Notes: a model not told the origin generated them from the letters alone. A stretch of DNA of 63,538 nucleotides, filler included, from Circinaria calcarea (GCA_051942165.1; 23 parts of 23 records of this genome joined end to end with filler, not necessarily neighbours in it), one strand, 5' to 3'. Shown: positions 24,986-38,291, numbered from the whole stretch's first letter. Translations and numbers: made by a program.

Positions 24986-25815
24986 GGATATCGGCTACAA
25001 ACAGCATGGAGTGCAGGACGCCCGATGATGTATATTTACTACTCAAGAGCTCTGATTTCGTGACCCATGATTTGGAACAGGCATTCGACGGATGCGAGGA
25101 TGATGAATCAAGGACGACAGAAGACACCCCTAACCATCTTGTGCTAAGGAAAACAATACCCTCATTGATTACATCTCTTGAATTCCGCTGCTTTGTACGG
25201 AGAAGAAAGCTACTATGTATCTGCCAGCGCGATCTCAACCATTACGCCTTTCTACCATCCCTTTTACCAACGTTACAATCATTGATCGAAACCTTCTTCG
25301 AAGAGAAGTTGAAAATGACGTTTCCAGACGAAAGCTTTGTATTTGATGTATATATCCCCCAGCCAAAGGAGAAGGGTAGGGTATGGTTGATAGATATAAA
25401 TCCGTGGGCCCCGAGGACAGACCCGCTGCTATACAGCTGGTTGGAGATCCTTACTATGCCAGAGCCGAAGATGGCTCCTGCTGATCTCCTAGATGGGGTA
25501 TTGAGGCTATCTATCCAGGGCCACGATAGTGGATTATCGATTCATGATCATGATATCGAGTTATCAGCTTCCGAGGATGAAAATGATAAGAGCTCCGGAG
25601 CTGAAGAAGATGATGTAGAGTTTGGGCTTGAGTTCCGATTAGTCAACAGGGATGATCCAGAGGCTTATAGCTTCAATACGCCACAATACAGCGCGCACAA
25701 GCTACCTAAAGATGTGGTGGATGCAAGTACGGACGGGCAAGGCGGGCTAAGGGAATTCATGTCGCAGTGGAGAGACATCGTTGCTAGACAGGAACGGGAA
25801 GATAGTGAAGACTGA
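24986..25815 (+). CDS. CDC123: Cell division cycle protein 123 (D123 ATP-grasp), 5' truncated
   Basis: [50 protein letters not shown]. Confidence 0.93.
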
Positions 25816-27056
25816 GGCAAAGACATTTTTTTGCTTAGCCTCATATCAAGGAAATTAGGAGTTAACAGCACTTGAACACCATTCTCAATGCATTTACGGA
25901 AGCTTAGCCCAGAAAGCAAGGGTATCTACTTGATGCAGAGTCTAGCGTCGGTCCCTACTATCCATTAACCCATATTAACATCACTCCTACCGGGCTCAAG
26001 ATCCTCCCTCAGCTCACCTATTCGGGGTGTCCCTTTCCATATGTATGGGGTAGAACAGCGTTGACAAGCATCCAACTCGGTGAGATCTGGCAGACGATCG
26101 ATGAAACATGATAGTGGACCCTGGATCTTTTACGATCAGATTGAGCATCCTCGTAAAGTGGCATCTACTTACTATCTCCAGAAAACGGGACGAATCCAAC
26201 CTCATTACTCACTAATGCCTCGAGTCGCATCGTTGCAGATTTGCTAGTGAGGGCGTCTGCGTGGCCAAATTCTGTCGATTGCAAATTCGGCGAAACGAAA
26301 GAGGCAGGGAAGTCCAACGAGTACGGCTGCTGTCCCGAGGAGGGTACCCCGGGAGTAAGCTTCATCCTTAACATGGCAAAGGTAGATTCTGTCAAACGAA
26401 TGCATTGATAGTAATATTGAGGTCACCGTAATAGCGAATGGAGATAGTGCGTAGCTTGGGGAGTCCAACAGTGGGTAATAGCTTCTAATATAGCCATCAC
26501 GCATGTTTACAGCGATGTGAGATCAGGCAAGAGTGAGATGAGAGGTTTGGGGAAGGAAGTGATGTGAGTGTGAGGGAAAAGTGAAGCTGAAGCTGAAGTG
26601 AGGAAGGAGCATTATTTATAACTAACTACCTTTTAAGTGAATGATAGATAGTCTGAGCGTCCTCGGCGCGATACGATACGAAAATGATGTTATATAGTCA
26701 AAATCTCAATGATCATTTAGGTATTCGCTAGTGACTCACTTCTCACTTCTGACTTTGTGAGTGGAGTGGGGTGGAGAATGGGATTGTTGTGCGTAATGTT
26801 CCATGGTACCCAAATTTTCTAGTGGACAAAGCGAGTTGCTCGGTTATGGTAGAATGGTGAGTTTTACAAGCATATGCCCGGTATATCATGAGCGACGTGA
26901 TGTATCCGTGCGACTGTGATACCAGCTAAGCTTCTATCATCTACGAGAGAGATCGCTCGATCATATGTCGCGTAGAGGACGAGGTGAACTGGCTAACACC
27001 GAATCTGCTCTATAAGTTGTTCCAGATCTGTTGTAGACATGGCCCCCCCGCTGCAG

Positions 27057-27654
27057 TTATAGCTTATGTTTCTTCTCCCCACTGGCAATCTTCCTAAACT
27101 CTTCCTGCGGCACCCCGGCTGCAAACCTCTCCAACCCCCCAAAAACCTCTCCCACAGTCTGCGAATCCATAAGATCCCTCTCCGGTTTTCGGATCAACGC
27201 CTTCACCTCGAGCAAACTGTCGCCGTTCAGATGATCTCCCAGCCTCTCCTCGACCTCCTTCAGCACCTCGCCCAAGAACCTTTCCTGTTCATCCCTCCCC
27301 GTCTGGATGATTTTGTTCACGAATCCGACGCGCTCCATTTCCTCCGCGGTAATCCGCTTGCTCATTATCAGCGCCTCGTTCGCCTTGCTGATTCCTAGTC
27401 GCTGGACGAATGCGCGGCTGGCGCCACCTTCGGCAACGAGGCCGAGGGACGTGAAAGGGGTAAGGAGGAAAGCGTGCGGGGCTGCATAGATGAAATCCGA
27501 GAAAGAGATGAGGGCGGCGGAGAGGCCGACTGCGGGGCCGTTGAGGGCGGTGATGAGGATCTTGGGGTGGGAGTAGAAGGCTTGGGTTATTTCGAGGTTG
27601 TTGGCCACGAAGGAGCGGAGCCAGTGGCGGCGGAGTTCGGCAGGGGATTTATTT
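27057..27654 (-). CDS. ECI1: Peroxisomal delta3,delta2-enoyl-CoA isomerase, 5' truncated
   Basis: Crotonase motifs ALNGPAVGLSAAL and PFTSLGLVAEGGAS; C-terminal KHKL PTS1-like signal. Confidence 0.9.
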
Positions 27655-27754
27655 NNNNNNNNNNNNNNNNNNNNNNNNNNNNNNNNNNNNNNNNNNNNTT
27701 AATTAATTAANNNNNNNNNNNNNNNNNNNNNNNNNNNNNNNNNNNNNNNNNNNN

Positions 27755-28136
27755 TGTCTATACCCTCGCTGCTTCCTTCATCAAGTCGTGCCCTTCCACG
27801 AATGCCCCCCTACCTGTGAAGGCATTCCCAGCGCTCACCGCTACCCAAGGTCAACCAACAGCTCCAGGCATCCCTTTCACGTTCAGCGTTGCTGGTACTC
27901 TTCCCGAAACCTTTTTCGTTACCTTCCTTAGCGGACTTGCCACCACCAGTGTCGCAGCTACGATGGCGAACGGCATGATTACAACTATGATCCCAGAGAC
28001 TGCTATGGGCCAAACCTACGCGCTCGTAACTAACACCAACGTCACCAGCTCGCTCATGGACTCGATGGTGTTGTATGGACCGGCCGTCTTAGAAGTCACC
28101 CCACCGAGTCCTACATTTGACACCAACATGCAATGA
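27755..28136 (+). CDS. Ferritin-like Rds1 family protein, C-terminal fragment
   Basis: VYTLAASFIKSCPSTNAPLPVKAFPAL...GQTYALVT...GPAVLEV. Confidence 0.7.
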
Positions 28137-30216
28137 GGAAATACGGTTTTATCTGGACCTCAAATGTTTTGGTGTGCCTAGGCTTGTTTGCAGACTCATT
28201 CTATTGCATTTCAGATGATAATTGTAAAAGCAAGAGCTTGCGGTTATACCCATTTCTTTTACTCGCGGTCTATCTTTTTGACATCTTCCATGATATCTTT
28301 ACATAATGGGTATGGTACCTTCACTTGTACATAACTTTAATCGATAATTCTACCGACACTACCTTGCAAATTATCCCTCCAGCAAGTAACACGTGGGCCA
28401 ATTTTGCTAACCAAAGGGTCATGATAATTAGTTTCTACAGCTCCCGCCACTCTCCAGGTCATGTGGGAAATGACCGCCCTTTCCCACTCAAGTCACATGA
28501 TGGACCTTTCTTGTGATTGAGCATTCATATCTGTGTTCACTATCTGGCTGAAACTCACTGTGGTTATCCTCAAGCTATCAACCACCCAGCCTAATTCTAT
28601 ACTTTTCCGTTTCATTTCCTACTCCATCTCGCACAGCACAATTTCACTTCTCTATCGTGCAAAATATTGTCTTCCCCTGCAGTAGGAAATGCGATGCTCC
28701 CAAGACATCCATGGCTTTGCCAATCCTCGACGCAAGTTTTCTTAGAATTTTAAAGAGTATAAAAACTTATCACCTTACCTTTCTGGTTGTTAGATATGAA
28801 ATAACTCCTCTCCCATCATCTTTCTAGCCACATCACTCCTCACGTCGTATTACGCCTCAAACTGTGGCACCATAATGGAGGCAAAATCTCAAGGTGGCAA
28901 TTGATGGTTGGCGGAATATCGTCCACCAAGCAATGCAACAAGAGCAGCAGTATCGAAGAAATCAATCCTTGGGGCTTGTCTTACTTTTTCGAAACTGGAT
29001 AAATCGCAAGACGTCTATCGCAGAAACTGAGAAGCCAGATCTCTTGGACCGTTGTCAGCTGGAGAAGTACAACGAAGGGATGACATATTTCCACAGGAAC
29101 CGTCGAGCACAAGCCAGTTTCGTCGTCGGAGCGCTATACTACATCGCGACTCACTCATGGATGAGCGACATTTCAGTACTTGTACGCAGACGAAACCCGC
29201 CCGTGCAATCGATGAGGAGTCTATATATGAGATTTTGCTGAACTGATGATAAGATCAGGTTGGGGCCGCAAGCGAACTATCCTTGTGTGTGAAAGGCGAG
29301 TTTTCTATATTCAGAGAATAACAACATGATACCACTATGAGTCAATCAGTAGCAGATAGTTATTCAAGGAACACAACGTCAAGGAGGGGAGGAACGAATC
29401 ATCGACAAATCTAGAGGAGCGCAGAAAATTCCTCGAGTTCCCATCAGCGGAAATTACAGTGTTCCAAGAAAGGTGGGACCTGTACATAGCGGGGACGCCG
29501 CCCCCGGAATATATGTATATTGAATCAGGGCATATATAATGGATCGGCAATTTGTCGGTAAATTGAGTGTTTACCGTCAAGAGTCAGCAAAGTCTTCGAG
29601 AATCCAAGGTTTTCCAGGCAGCCAATGAGCGGGTTTTTTGGGTTTACCGATGATTCTTCTATTGGAAGAAAGGAGAGGAGGAAAGAATTCGAATAATTCG
29701 ATGGGTTTCGGAATAAGTTTTGGCGAGCAAGTATAGGAGGACTTCAAGGATTTTTCATCATGCACCCACAGAATACACGTATAGAATAGCAGTTCAGCAG
29801 TACAATAGCAGTATTAAATCCTACTATTACATGCCCTTTATGTGCGCATTGCACTGCTGCAGTCGGTTTATGCTATATTCCCTCTGATCCTTCCACCTTT
29901 TAGGACCTCAAAGCCCATACTCGACAGCGTCTTTGCCTCTTTCTTAGCAGCATAGCGGAGAACCTTATTTCTTTCACGGTCTAAGGCTTATAAGTATTTG
30001 GAAAGGGTCGTACGGACTTTGCTTTGACTAGTAAACAATTGCATGTAGAATGGAAAATGAGGAGGCATCGAGAAACCGTCGTAACATAAGTACTAAAGAG
30101 CAAGTCATCCCACATGAGTTCCACCATATGCTGCCGACCACCGGCACTAGAGCTGAAAGCACCACCTGAGACTCGTGATCATCTGTCCCCGTTCCAGCCC
30201 GATCCTTGGCCATCCA

Positions 30217-30419
30217 TTATGCCTTCGACCTTTTGACAAACTCCTGGCACGGGGCATCGCACTTGATACTGTCCGGCCAATCACAAACGTTAAGCTTAGG
30301 ATTGAAAACGAGGCCTTCAGGACAGACTTGCAAGACCGGGTCACAATTGGCGCATTGGTAGAAACTCCCACAGTCGTCCGGGTTGGGGAGGAGTGTGTCG
30401 CTGACTCTGCACGCCACTT
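30217..30419 (-). CDS. Chitin-binding type-2 (CBM14/peritrophin-A) domain protein, 5' truncated
   Basis: PNPDDCGSFYQC...CPEGLVFNPKLNVCDWPDSIKC consensus. Confidence 0.85.
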
Positions 30420-30828
30420 NNNNNNNNNNNNNNNNNNNNNNNNNNNNNNNNNNNNNNNNNNNNTTAATTAATTAANNNNNNNNNNNNNNNNNNNNNNNNN
30501 NNNNNNNNNNNNNNNNNNNGAAAGATTGAATGCGTATTGTCATGCGGTATTAGCGGTTCTGAAAGCATAGATGGCAGTTTGATCATTTTATTCGAGGCAT
30601 GCGGATACGGACTGGGAATTACGATAAATTGGAGCTAATGTTATCAATGAAGGTCGATAATGGTAATCCTTAATACAGAGGTGATACTATTGTTCTGATT
30701 CTTTACACACAGGTTTTCTTCCGCAAACCATCATCGTCATCGGCACCGACCTTTAAAAGGGGGTTGGACGGCCCTGCTGAATTTTGTGGCAAAAAAAGCA
30801 AGCGGACGGGTCTAAGCGTCAGCATCTA

Positions 30829-32008
30829 TTACATCCCCAACTTCCCCGCCAACCCTTTCGCGATCTGCATGAATAGCCGCGCATGCGCTCCCTCCGGATC
30901 CGCCACCACCGTCGGCCTCCCGCGGTCCGCATCGCTGCAGATGCTGGCGTGCAGCGGGAGATCGCCGAGGAAGTCGATGGCGTGGGTGGCGCATTCGCGC
31001 AGGACGCCTTGGGAGCCGAAGATGGGGGTGCAGTGGGCGCAGTGCGGACAGGTGAAGGAGGACATGTTTTGGATCATGCCGAGGAGCTGGGGGGTTGCGG
31101 GTTGGTGGTTAGTAATTATGGTTTTGGGAGTAAGAGCTGGGGTGGAGGGAGGGGACGAACGGGAACGTCAACTTTACGGAACATGCCTATGCCTTTTACG
31201 GCGTCTTTGAGGGCGATGTCTTGGGGGGTGGAGACGATGACAGCGCCTAGTTACATGTTAACGATTGATATTAACGTGAGCCTTGTTAGAAACTGACCAT
31301 CAAGCTTGATTTGCTGTGTGATCGTCAACTGCGTATCCCCGGTTCCTGGCGGTAGATCCAGGACGAGGATATCCAATCCGCCCCAATCGACGTCGTGAAG
31401 GAGCTGCTGCAAGCCCTTCATCACCATAAGCCCGCGCCAGACCACGGGAGATTTTTCGTCGACGAGATAGCCCATTGACATGGATTTGACGCCATAATTG
31501 GTCAATGGAAGGAGTTGATTATCTATCAGGAACGAGGTAACCGATTAGTAGGTGCCAAAATATACATTAGATGGTAGCCAAGGCATACTCGATGAGAGAC
31601 CAGGTTCTTCTCCTGAGAGATTCAGGAGCGTTGGGATCGATGGACCGAAGATATCTGTATCCAATATACCGCTACGGTAACCGCAACGGCTGAAAGCGAG
31701 GGCGAGGTTGACTGGGCATAATTAGTTTGATGGTACAACACTCTCTAGATTAAGGGAAGCTCGCCCGCGATTGTCGACTTCCCAACACCTCCTTTAGCAG
31801 ATGATACGGCTATAACTTTCTTAACATCTCTGATGCTCCGTCTCTCCGGTAAACCTCGCTGCCGTCGAGGTAGCTGCGGGAGTGCGCCAGATCGTGGTAG
31901 CCCCTCAATCCAAAATTAGTAATGATGGTAGATGTTCAGAATCGCTTGGAGCATTACCAGAGGATTTTCATGCTGTAAAGACCTTAGTATCGAAAATCGT
32001 CTGCTCAT
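30829..32008 (-). CDS. IND1: Mitochondrial Mrp/NBP35-family Fe-S carrier (Ind1/NUBPL), 6 exons
   Basis: [41 protein letters not shown] and CPHC motifs; mitochondrial-type N-terminus. Confidence 0.9.
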
Positions 32009-32196
32009 GACTGCAGGGGGTTCGCGTATTGCCCGTGAACAGGGAACTGTAAAGGCTACCGCGGTAGTCGCTTAGGGCGGCTGAGCGAGTATTCTACGGT
32101 ACATCGATCCGTTCCGCGCCTGAGTCCATGGATAAACATTAGGGATGTTTGAGAGTCTCATTTGAGCCTTTAAAAGTCTGTGAATACCTTCGCGCA

Positions 32197-33121
32197 ATGG
32201 ATGCGGCATACGATCATATCCAAGAGGAAGTTCTCCGTCCCGATGAAGCTATTGAACAAAGTGGGGATAAGCAGCACGAGGGAAGTCTAAACACCGAGTT
32301 TCAAGAAGCTTACAAGTCCTTCTCTGCAAGTCCCTGGGGCGCTAAACTAGGAGGCTTCTTTGGCAGCGTGAAAAAGCAAGGTGAGAATATCTACCATGAA
32401 GCACGCCAGGAGGCTTCCGCCGTGAGCGAGGAGGCATTGAAGGGGTTTACCGATCTACGATCTACACTCGCCAATCGTGCTCGGTCATTATCTACGAATG
32501 AAACACCTCAACCTACTACTACAAAGGCTGTATCGGCTACCGAAGAACCCGAAGGCGGAGAATCAGAACGGATAACAGAAAAAGAGCGGACCTTAAGCGA
32601 AACACTGCGAGAATCTGAGGGTATACTTGCCCGCGTCCGGGCGGAAGCAGCGAAACGCCTGAAGGATATTGAAAAAGCTGAAGACGCAGCTGATGAAGCC
32701 TTACTCAAGTTTGGGACCAACATCCGCAACTTCCTCCGGGACGCAGTGAGTATTGCTCCACCGAGCGAGGAGACCGATCAAGACGGAAAGAGCAAGGTCC
32801 TCTTCGAAAGCAAAGACCAAAATGGGAAAAGGGTCATTCATACTACGCGGTTCGACGCTCAGGTACACGCTATACATTCCTCACCCGAAAGCTTTTCCAG
32901 GGATCCTATCAGCCCGGAGTATGAGAAGTGGAAGGCAGAGTTCGACGTGGAGAAGAAGACAGATGATATCTCAGCTGATCTCGAAAAGTATGAGGAGTTG
33001 CGGCGTGCAATGGAGAAGTTGGTCCCGGATAACGTTGAATACTCGCGATTCTGGACACGGTACTATTTCTTGCGGATGGTGATTGAGAGTGAGGATCAGC
33101 GGAGGAAGGAGATGCTTAAAG
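32197..33121 (+). CDS. BSD-domain protein (Dos2-like); continues after an intron past the contig end
   Basis: [11 protein letters not shown] start and BSD signature [19 protein letters not shown]. Confidence 0.88.
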
Positions 33122-33862
33122 GTGCGTAAAGTCCCTTACTAGTTTTATTTCCACGCGGACCGTAGAATGGCATAACTCAATTCGNNNNNNNNNNNNNNNN
33201 NNNNNNNNNNNNNNNNNNNNNNNNNNNNTTAATTAATTAANNNNNNNNNNNNNNNNNNNNNNNNNNNNNNNNNNNNNNNNNNNNGGACCATTGACTCTTT
33301 GGATAAACTGCTGCAAGCATGGAAAGACTCTTGGTTGAAACAGCAAGAGTCGAATCAGATAAAGTCTGGATCACAAGATTTCATGGCGTCAGCGTCTCTT
33401 TGCGAACAGAAAGCGGAAATCTACCTAAAATACCATGAGTTCAAAGTTACCATCCACCACAAGTAAGTCAAGAGCTCTTGTATGTCTGCCTATTACTGAT
33501 CGTTGTCATAGAGGAAGGCTCTGCGCCCAATCCGCCAGGGAACTTTTTGCGCAAGCACATCTCTGGGAACCTAGCCCTATATACTCGGAATGGTCAGGTG
33601 GAGTCCTAGTCCTAGGCACCAGCCATTTGCTAAGCACAAGTGCAGGCGAATCATCCAAGTGCCCATCGCGGCGTGCTGTATGTTACTGATTGATGTCTTT
33701 AGTACTACAATATCTGAGGATTTCCGCGACAACATGGCCTTCCTCGGCATGGCCAGCGGTTGGTTTGGTCGACTAGCAACCACCACTTCTTATAACATTG
33801 CTTACAGTGAGCTGACGCAACTGACAGCATTGGCGCAACAACAGTGCGTACAGTAACGCTGC

Positions 33863-33916
33863 CTACACCTTTGGTCGTCTACACCTTTGGTCGTCTACAC
33901 CTTTAGTCCGCTACAC
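33863..33916 (+). repeat. 16-bp tandem repeat, about 3.4 copies (CTACACCTTTGGTCGT)
   Basis: Two perfect units, one diverged unit and one partial unit. Confidence 0.85.
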
Positions 33917-34668
33917 AATACCAACGGTATGTTGCAGTCCACAGAATAAAGTTCCCATGACTTGGCGTACGCAACGAATGATAGATTGGTATACATCACT
34001 TGAGCTTGGTAAACAATATCGTGAGACATCTGCGCGACGTACGCCACGCAATGTTATGTACAGCATCCTCCTAGTACCCCGAGCTTGGTAGTCACACTAG
34101 AAGCCTCGTATACCATGGAATTCATCAGCTTCAGCCCGATCGAACGATTCTTAAAGATACCATGCGAGGAGGTAGGCATCAGCTTCACAGAGATGGCACC
34201 TCCCATATGGATGGCTGCTCGTACATGAGAATTTTGTGTCTTTATCCAATTGTAGAATAGCCATCCGCTGTGGTTGTTGACAGATGCATGGAAAGTAATA
34301 AAGGCAGTTAATTTAGATAACTACATGAACAATCACGGTTAGGGTCTTTGAGGACTTTAACCGTTCCCACACTGCAAAGGCTGGTATAGCAGTGTACTGT
34401 GGGGCGGCTTCCTTTTCCAGAGGGGAAAGAGCACTGTTTTTTATAGTATTAGATGAGGGGTTCCCGGCGGGAAAATAGAGGCATTCCACTCAAATTTTTT
34501 GCAGTAGTAAACCAGTGAACAAATCAAGCACTGAATAGCTGTGATTTGCTGAAGAACCAACGAACCCTTTCTCAGTACTTCCTAGATGCAGTCCAACACT
34601 AAATCTTCAAAAGGCGTGATCCCATTATCAATCTGGAGCACATCTAATTTATCGATTAGCTATCACCT

Positions 34669-35583
34669 CTACCCTTTGCCATCCTCTACTTCTCCCTTGA
34701 CCTTGGCATCCTTTCTAGCCGGCCTTTCCCCAAAAATCACACTCCCGACTCTAACCTCGTCACTTCCACACCTGACCGCACTCTCAAAATCCTTACTCAT
34801 CCCCATACTCAACTCTAGAGCGTCCCCACCCAGTACCTCCTGCACATGATCCCTAACTTCCTTCAGTTTCAAAAAGTCCTCATTCTCCTTCCCTTCCTCC
34901 TGACTCTCCTTACTCCTAGCAATTGCCCCGATAGTCATCAATCCCTGTAGCTTCAGATGCGGACATTCCTCCCTGACATGCCTACACAGGCTCACCGCCT
35001 CCTCCCCCGGCTCAACTCCGCTCTTGCTCTCCTCTCCGCTCGTATTCACCTGCACAAACACCCTCAGCTGCTCGTCCCCCTTTCCCTCCCAGCCTCCCTT
35101 TTCAACAAGCGCCTTCCTCCCCTTTTCCAGTCCATCCGCCTTCCTGACCGTATCCACGCTCTCTACACACCATAGGTTTGGGATCTGTTCCGCCAACGGC
35201 TTGCATTTGTTCGTCTGCAGGGCGCCGATAAAATGCCAGCGGATCGAGCGGGGAAGGAGCTTTGATTTCTCGAGGAGTTCTTGTTGGTAATTTTCGCCGA
35301 AGTGGAGGTGGGGGGTCTGTGAGGAAGGTGGGGAGTGGAGCGCGAGGATGTCGGTCGCAGGTTTCAGTTTGGAGACGGCGACAAGGCGAATCTAATTGGT
35401 GAGATTAGCGGATGCTGGTCTCAGGAGTGTTTGGGGTCGGTTAGGTGATGCCACGGGTACACTGACTTGGCGGCCTTGTTTGTTCGCTGCCTGGATGGAG
35501 CGGGAGACATGACTTAGATTTTCTATGAGCTGGGCTGCTCGCTGAGGGTTTACTTTCATGTCAGTGTTGCCGGACGATGACAT
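34669..35583 (-). CDS. Pyridoxal phosphate homeostasis protein (YggS/PROSC, YBL036C-like), one intron
   Basis: RLVAVSKLKP, FGENYQQEL, WHFIGALQTNK, QVNTSGEESKSG, LSMGMSKDF, VRVGSVIFG. Confidence 0.93.
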
Positions 35584-36077
35584 TTTGGAGCAGTTAAGAA
35601 TTTAGGGATCGCATTCATTGCTGTTGTCAGTCTAAAGTCTGGTCTCTCATATCACGTCATTATTTTGGTTCCTCGAGCGATTTTTCCACCCTGAGCCCTT
35701 GATCATCTAGAAGGATGATACATGAATGTGGATTTATTCGGTAGCGTCTGCTTGTGAGTAAGGGAGATCAGATGGGCGTTTTATATCGTCCTCACCACCA
35801 CAAAAGTGGATTCAAAGATGGAGTCACATGATCGCTTATCACAATCAACTAGAGTCCTTGGGATGTGTAGCTTGACTGACCCTCGCCTTCTTGACACGAC
35901 CACCCGGTCCTGTGACCTGGGCTGACGCCGCTCAAGCCTATCTCCGCTGNNNNNNNNNNNNNNNNNNNNNNNNNNNNNNNNNNNNNNNNNNNNTTAATTA
36001 ATTAANNNNNNNNNNNNNNNNNNNNNNNNNNNNNNNNNNNNNNNNNNNNAAAACTCCCCCAAACAAGATTAAGAACA

Positions 36078-37004
36078 ATGCCCCAAGTCACCTTCCGCGA
36101 CACCTCCTGCCCCACCCTCCTAGCCGACATTGAACTTATCACCAAAAAACTTCACATCTCCGCCACCGAAGGTTCCTGCCCCAACACCACGCGGCGGAAA
36201 CTTATGATCGCAGCCCAGAAGCTGGTTGCAGAGCTGGAACCACCCGAGGACGCGATGGAGAAAATCGTTGGAGCTGTAAGACGTTTTATGCTGCTATCCT
36301 AGACTCTTCCTTTGTCGACCTGTATTATGCCGGGGTCCTAACAACCAGTGTCATGCGAACAGCAATCCGGATTGGCAGCATTACGGCAAGCCTTCGAGAT
36401 GAAACTCTTCGAAGTGTGGGAAGGTGTAGAGGAGCGACGGAGTGCTGAAGAGCTGGCCGCGCAGACACAAGTGGAGCGTACGCTGATAGGTACATATGTG
36501 CTTCTACTTCTGCTTTTGCTTTCCATTTTCATGAAGAGCCCCCACCCCAAATCCACCAACACATTCTCAGCACTACACGTCCCCTCCCCACCAGGTCTTA
36601 CGAGCAGTAACCCATGATACCCTACTAACCCAATCTTCCACTCGTCAAACAGTCCGCACGATGCGCGCCCTCATCCCTGTCGGCATCTTTTCCGAAATCG
36701 GTGAAGAGCGTTATAAGCATACCTCTCTCTCCACCAGCCTCACTGATCCGGCGTTCCGAGTGCGAGCGGTGGAAATGTAAGTCTAGCCCGTTTTCACGAC
36801 CAAACAAATCTGTCATTCGAGAACCACTCTAACCCAAGGATTCACTTTGGCCGTTTATCTAGGCTTGGCAAAAGCAGCCTTCCTTCCGCCTCCCGCCCGC
36901 TCGATTACCGTACCAACTCTACTCTTCCTACTCCTACTCGTACTCCCGCGGCAACCCCGCAGTCGGTCCTTCCGCCTCTCCATTCATTTCTCAAAATCTA
37001 TTGA
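36078..37004 (+). pseudogene. O-methyltransferase N-terminal dimerisation/winged-helix region only; introns 36276-36362, 36490-36652, about 36777-36838
   Basis: RRKLMIAAQKLVAELEPP, AFEMKLFE, SAEELAAQT...VRTMRALIPVGIFSEIGEERYKHTSLS. No DVGGG SAM-binding motif downstream. Confidence 0.55.
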
Positions 37005-37828
37005 ACTGGGCTACGAGATGAGAATGAGGATCTGGGAAGGGGGCAGTTACTGACGGAAACATGGTGAAAGGGATTAAGGAAGTGGCCGAGGGGTTGAAGG
37101 TTGAAGGGGCGGGTAGTGAGGGGAATTGGGAAGATTGGGGGGAAACGCCAATGTCATCATCTCACACCCGACTAGAATAGAATAGAATAAAATAGAATAG
37201 AATAGAAAAATTTCATTTCAGTCCCTCGAATTGAACGCATTCTCTTTTTTCCTCTTCAACTTTGGTTCAGACCTCTTTTTCTAAATCAAAGGGAGGAAGG
37301 AGTGAGCGACCGTAGACCTGGTCCTTTTGCTTGAGGATATTCGATTTCGGATTTCGTTTCTCGTCCTTTTTGGGGGGAGGCCGGAAGAAAATAAACACAT
37401 CAGAACTATTCAGACTAGACTCTCTCTTCTTGCCTGACCTGACCAGACCTGACCAGACCAGACCATGGCTTGGCTGGAAGAAAATAAATAGATGCACAAA
37501 TATCTAACCCTGCCTTCCCTTCTACCCCGCGGCAGGGGGTGGTGGTTGGGGACTAGCGGTCGGGCACTCTGATCTCCCCAAAACCCTTCCTAAGAAAGTA
37601 ACCAAAAGAAAAGGAAACGGGAATGCAAATGCAAATGCAAATGCGAATGCGGAAAAACCATACATCTTGCATATACGTTACACAACATATCGACTATTGG
37701 GTACACATTGAATACCGTCTTCATGCATTGCTTAAGCTCCTTGCTGCCATACCTTTAATAAGATCGACTTTTCTTACCCCGCCCCCAAGTAAACACAATT
37801 GAAATAGTAGGGAATATGAATATAAATA

Positions 37829-38291
37829 CGGAACATTGCAATTTGGACCCCCTAAAAATATGGAATTTGCTATTTTCTCCCCCAAGTTGCGAGTTTGACC
37901 CCACCCCCAAGTTTTTTAGTGATTGACCTTCTGTTAGTGGAAGGTGGCTATTATTAAGGTCACGGCGGCATGAAGATTTACTGTCGCAGAGCTCCCTATC
38001 GCAAAGGTCACTACCGCCAGTGGCATTGCGGTATAATGATATTTTGTCACGGTGCGGACAGCGATATATGCGACAGCGGCAGCGGCAGCGACAACGACCC
38101 ACTGAAAACCGGCGATAGTGAACTTAACCTGTTAACCTGGGGGCCGGGTTCTTAGGCTAATACTTTCCTGGCAATAGTATGATCTTGGGGGGTACCGCTT
38201 AAAAAAATGGGGGTAGGTCAGAATTGCAAGTTGGGGGAGAAAATTGCAAATCCCATATGGTACCTTTAGGGGTCAAAATTGCAATTTTCCG
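37829..38291. mobile_element. Degenerate non-autonomous TIR element (MITE/foldback-like); arms about 37829-37921 and 38196-38291
   Basis: Imperfect inverted repeats of about 95 bp (ATTGCAATTT.GACCCC.TAAA...TTTTCTCCCCCAA.TTGC) around a 275-bp spacer. TSD not resolved. Confidence 0.6.

Noticed and set aside
28876..29343. Fragmented plus-strand ORFs
   Set aside because: May be a gene relic, but no recognisable family and the frames are inconsistent.
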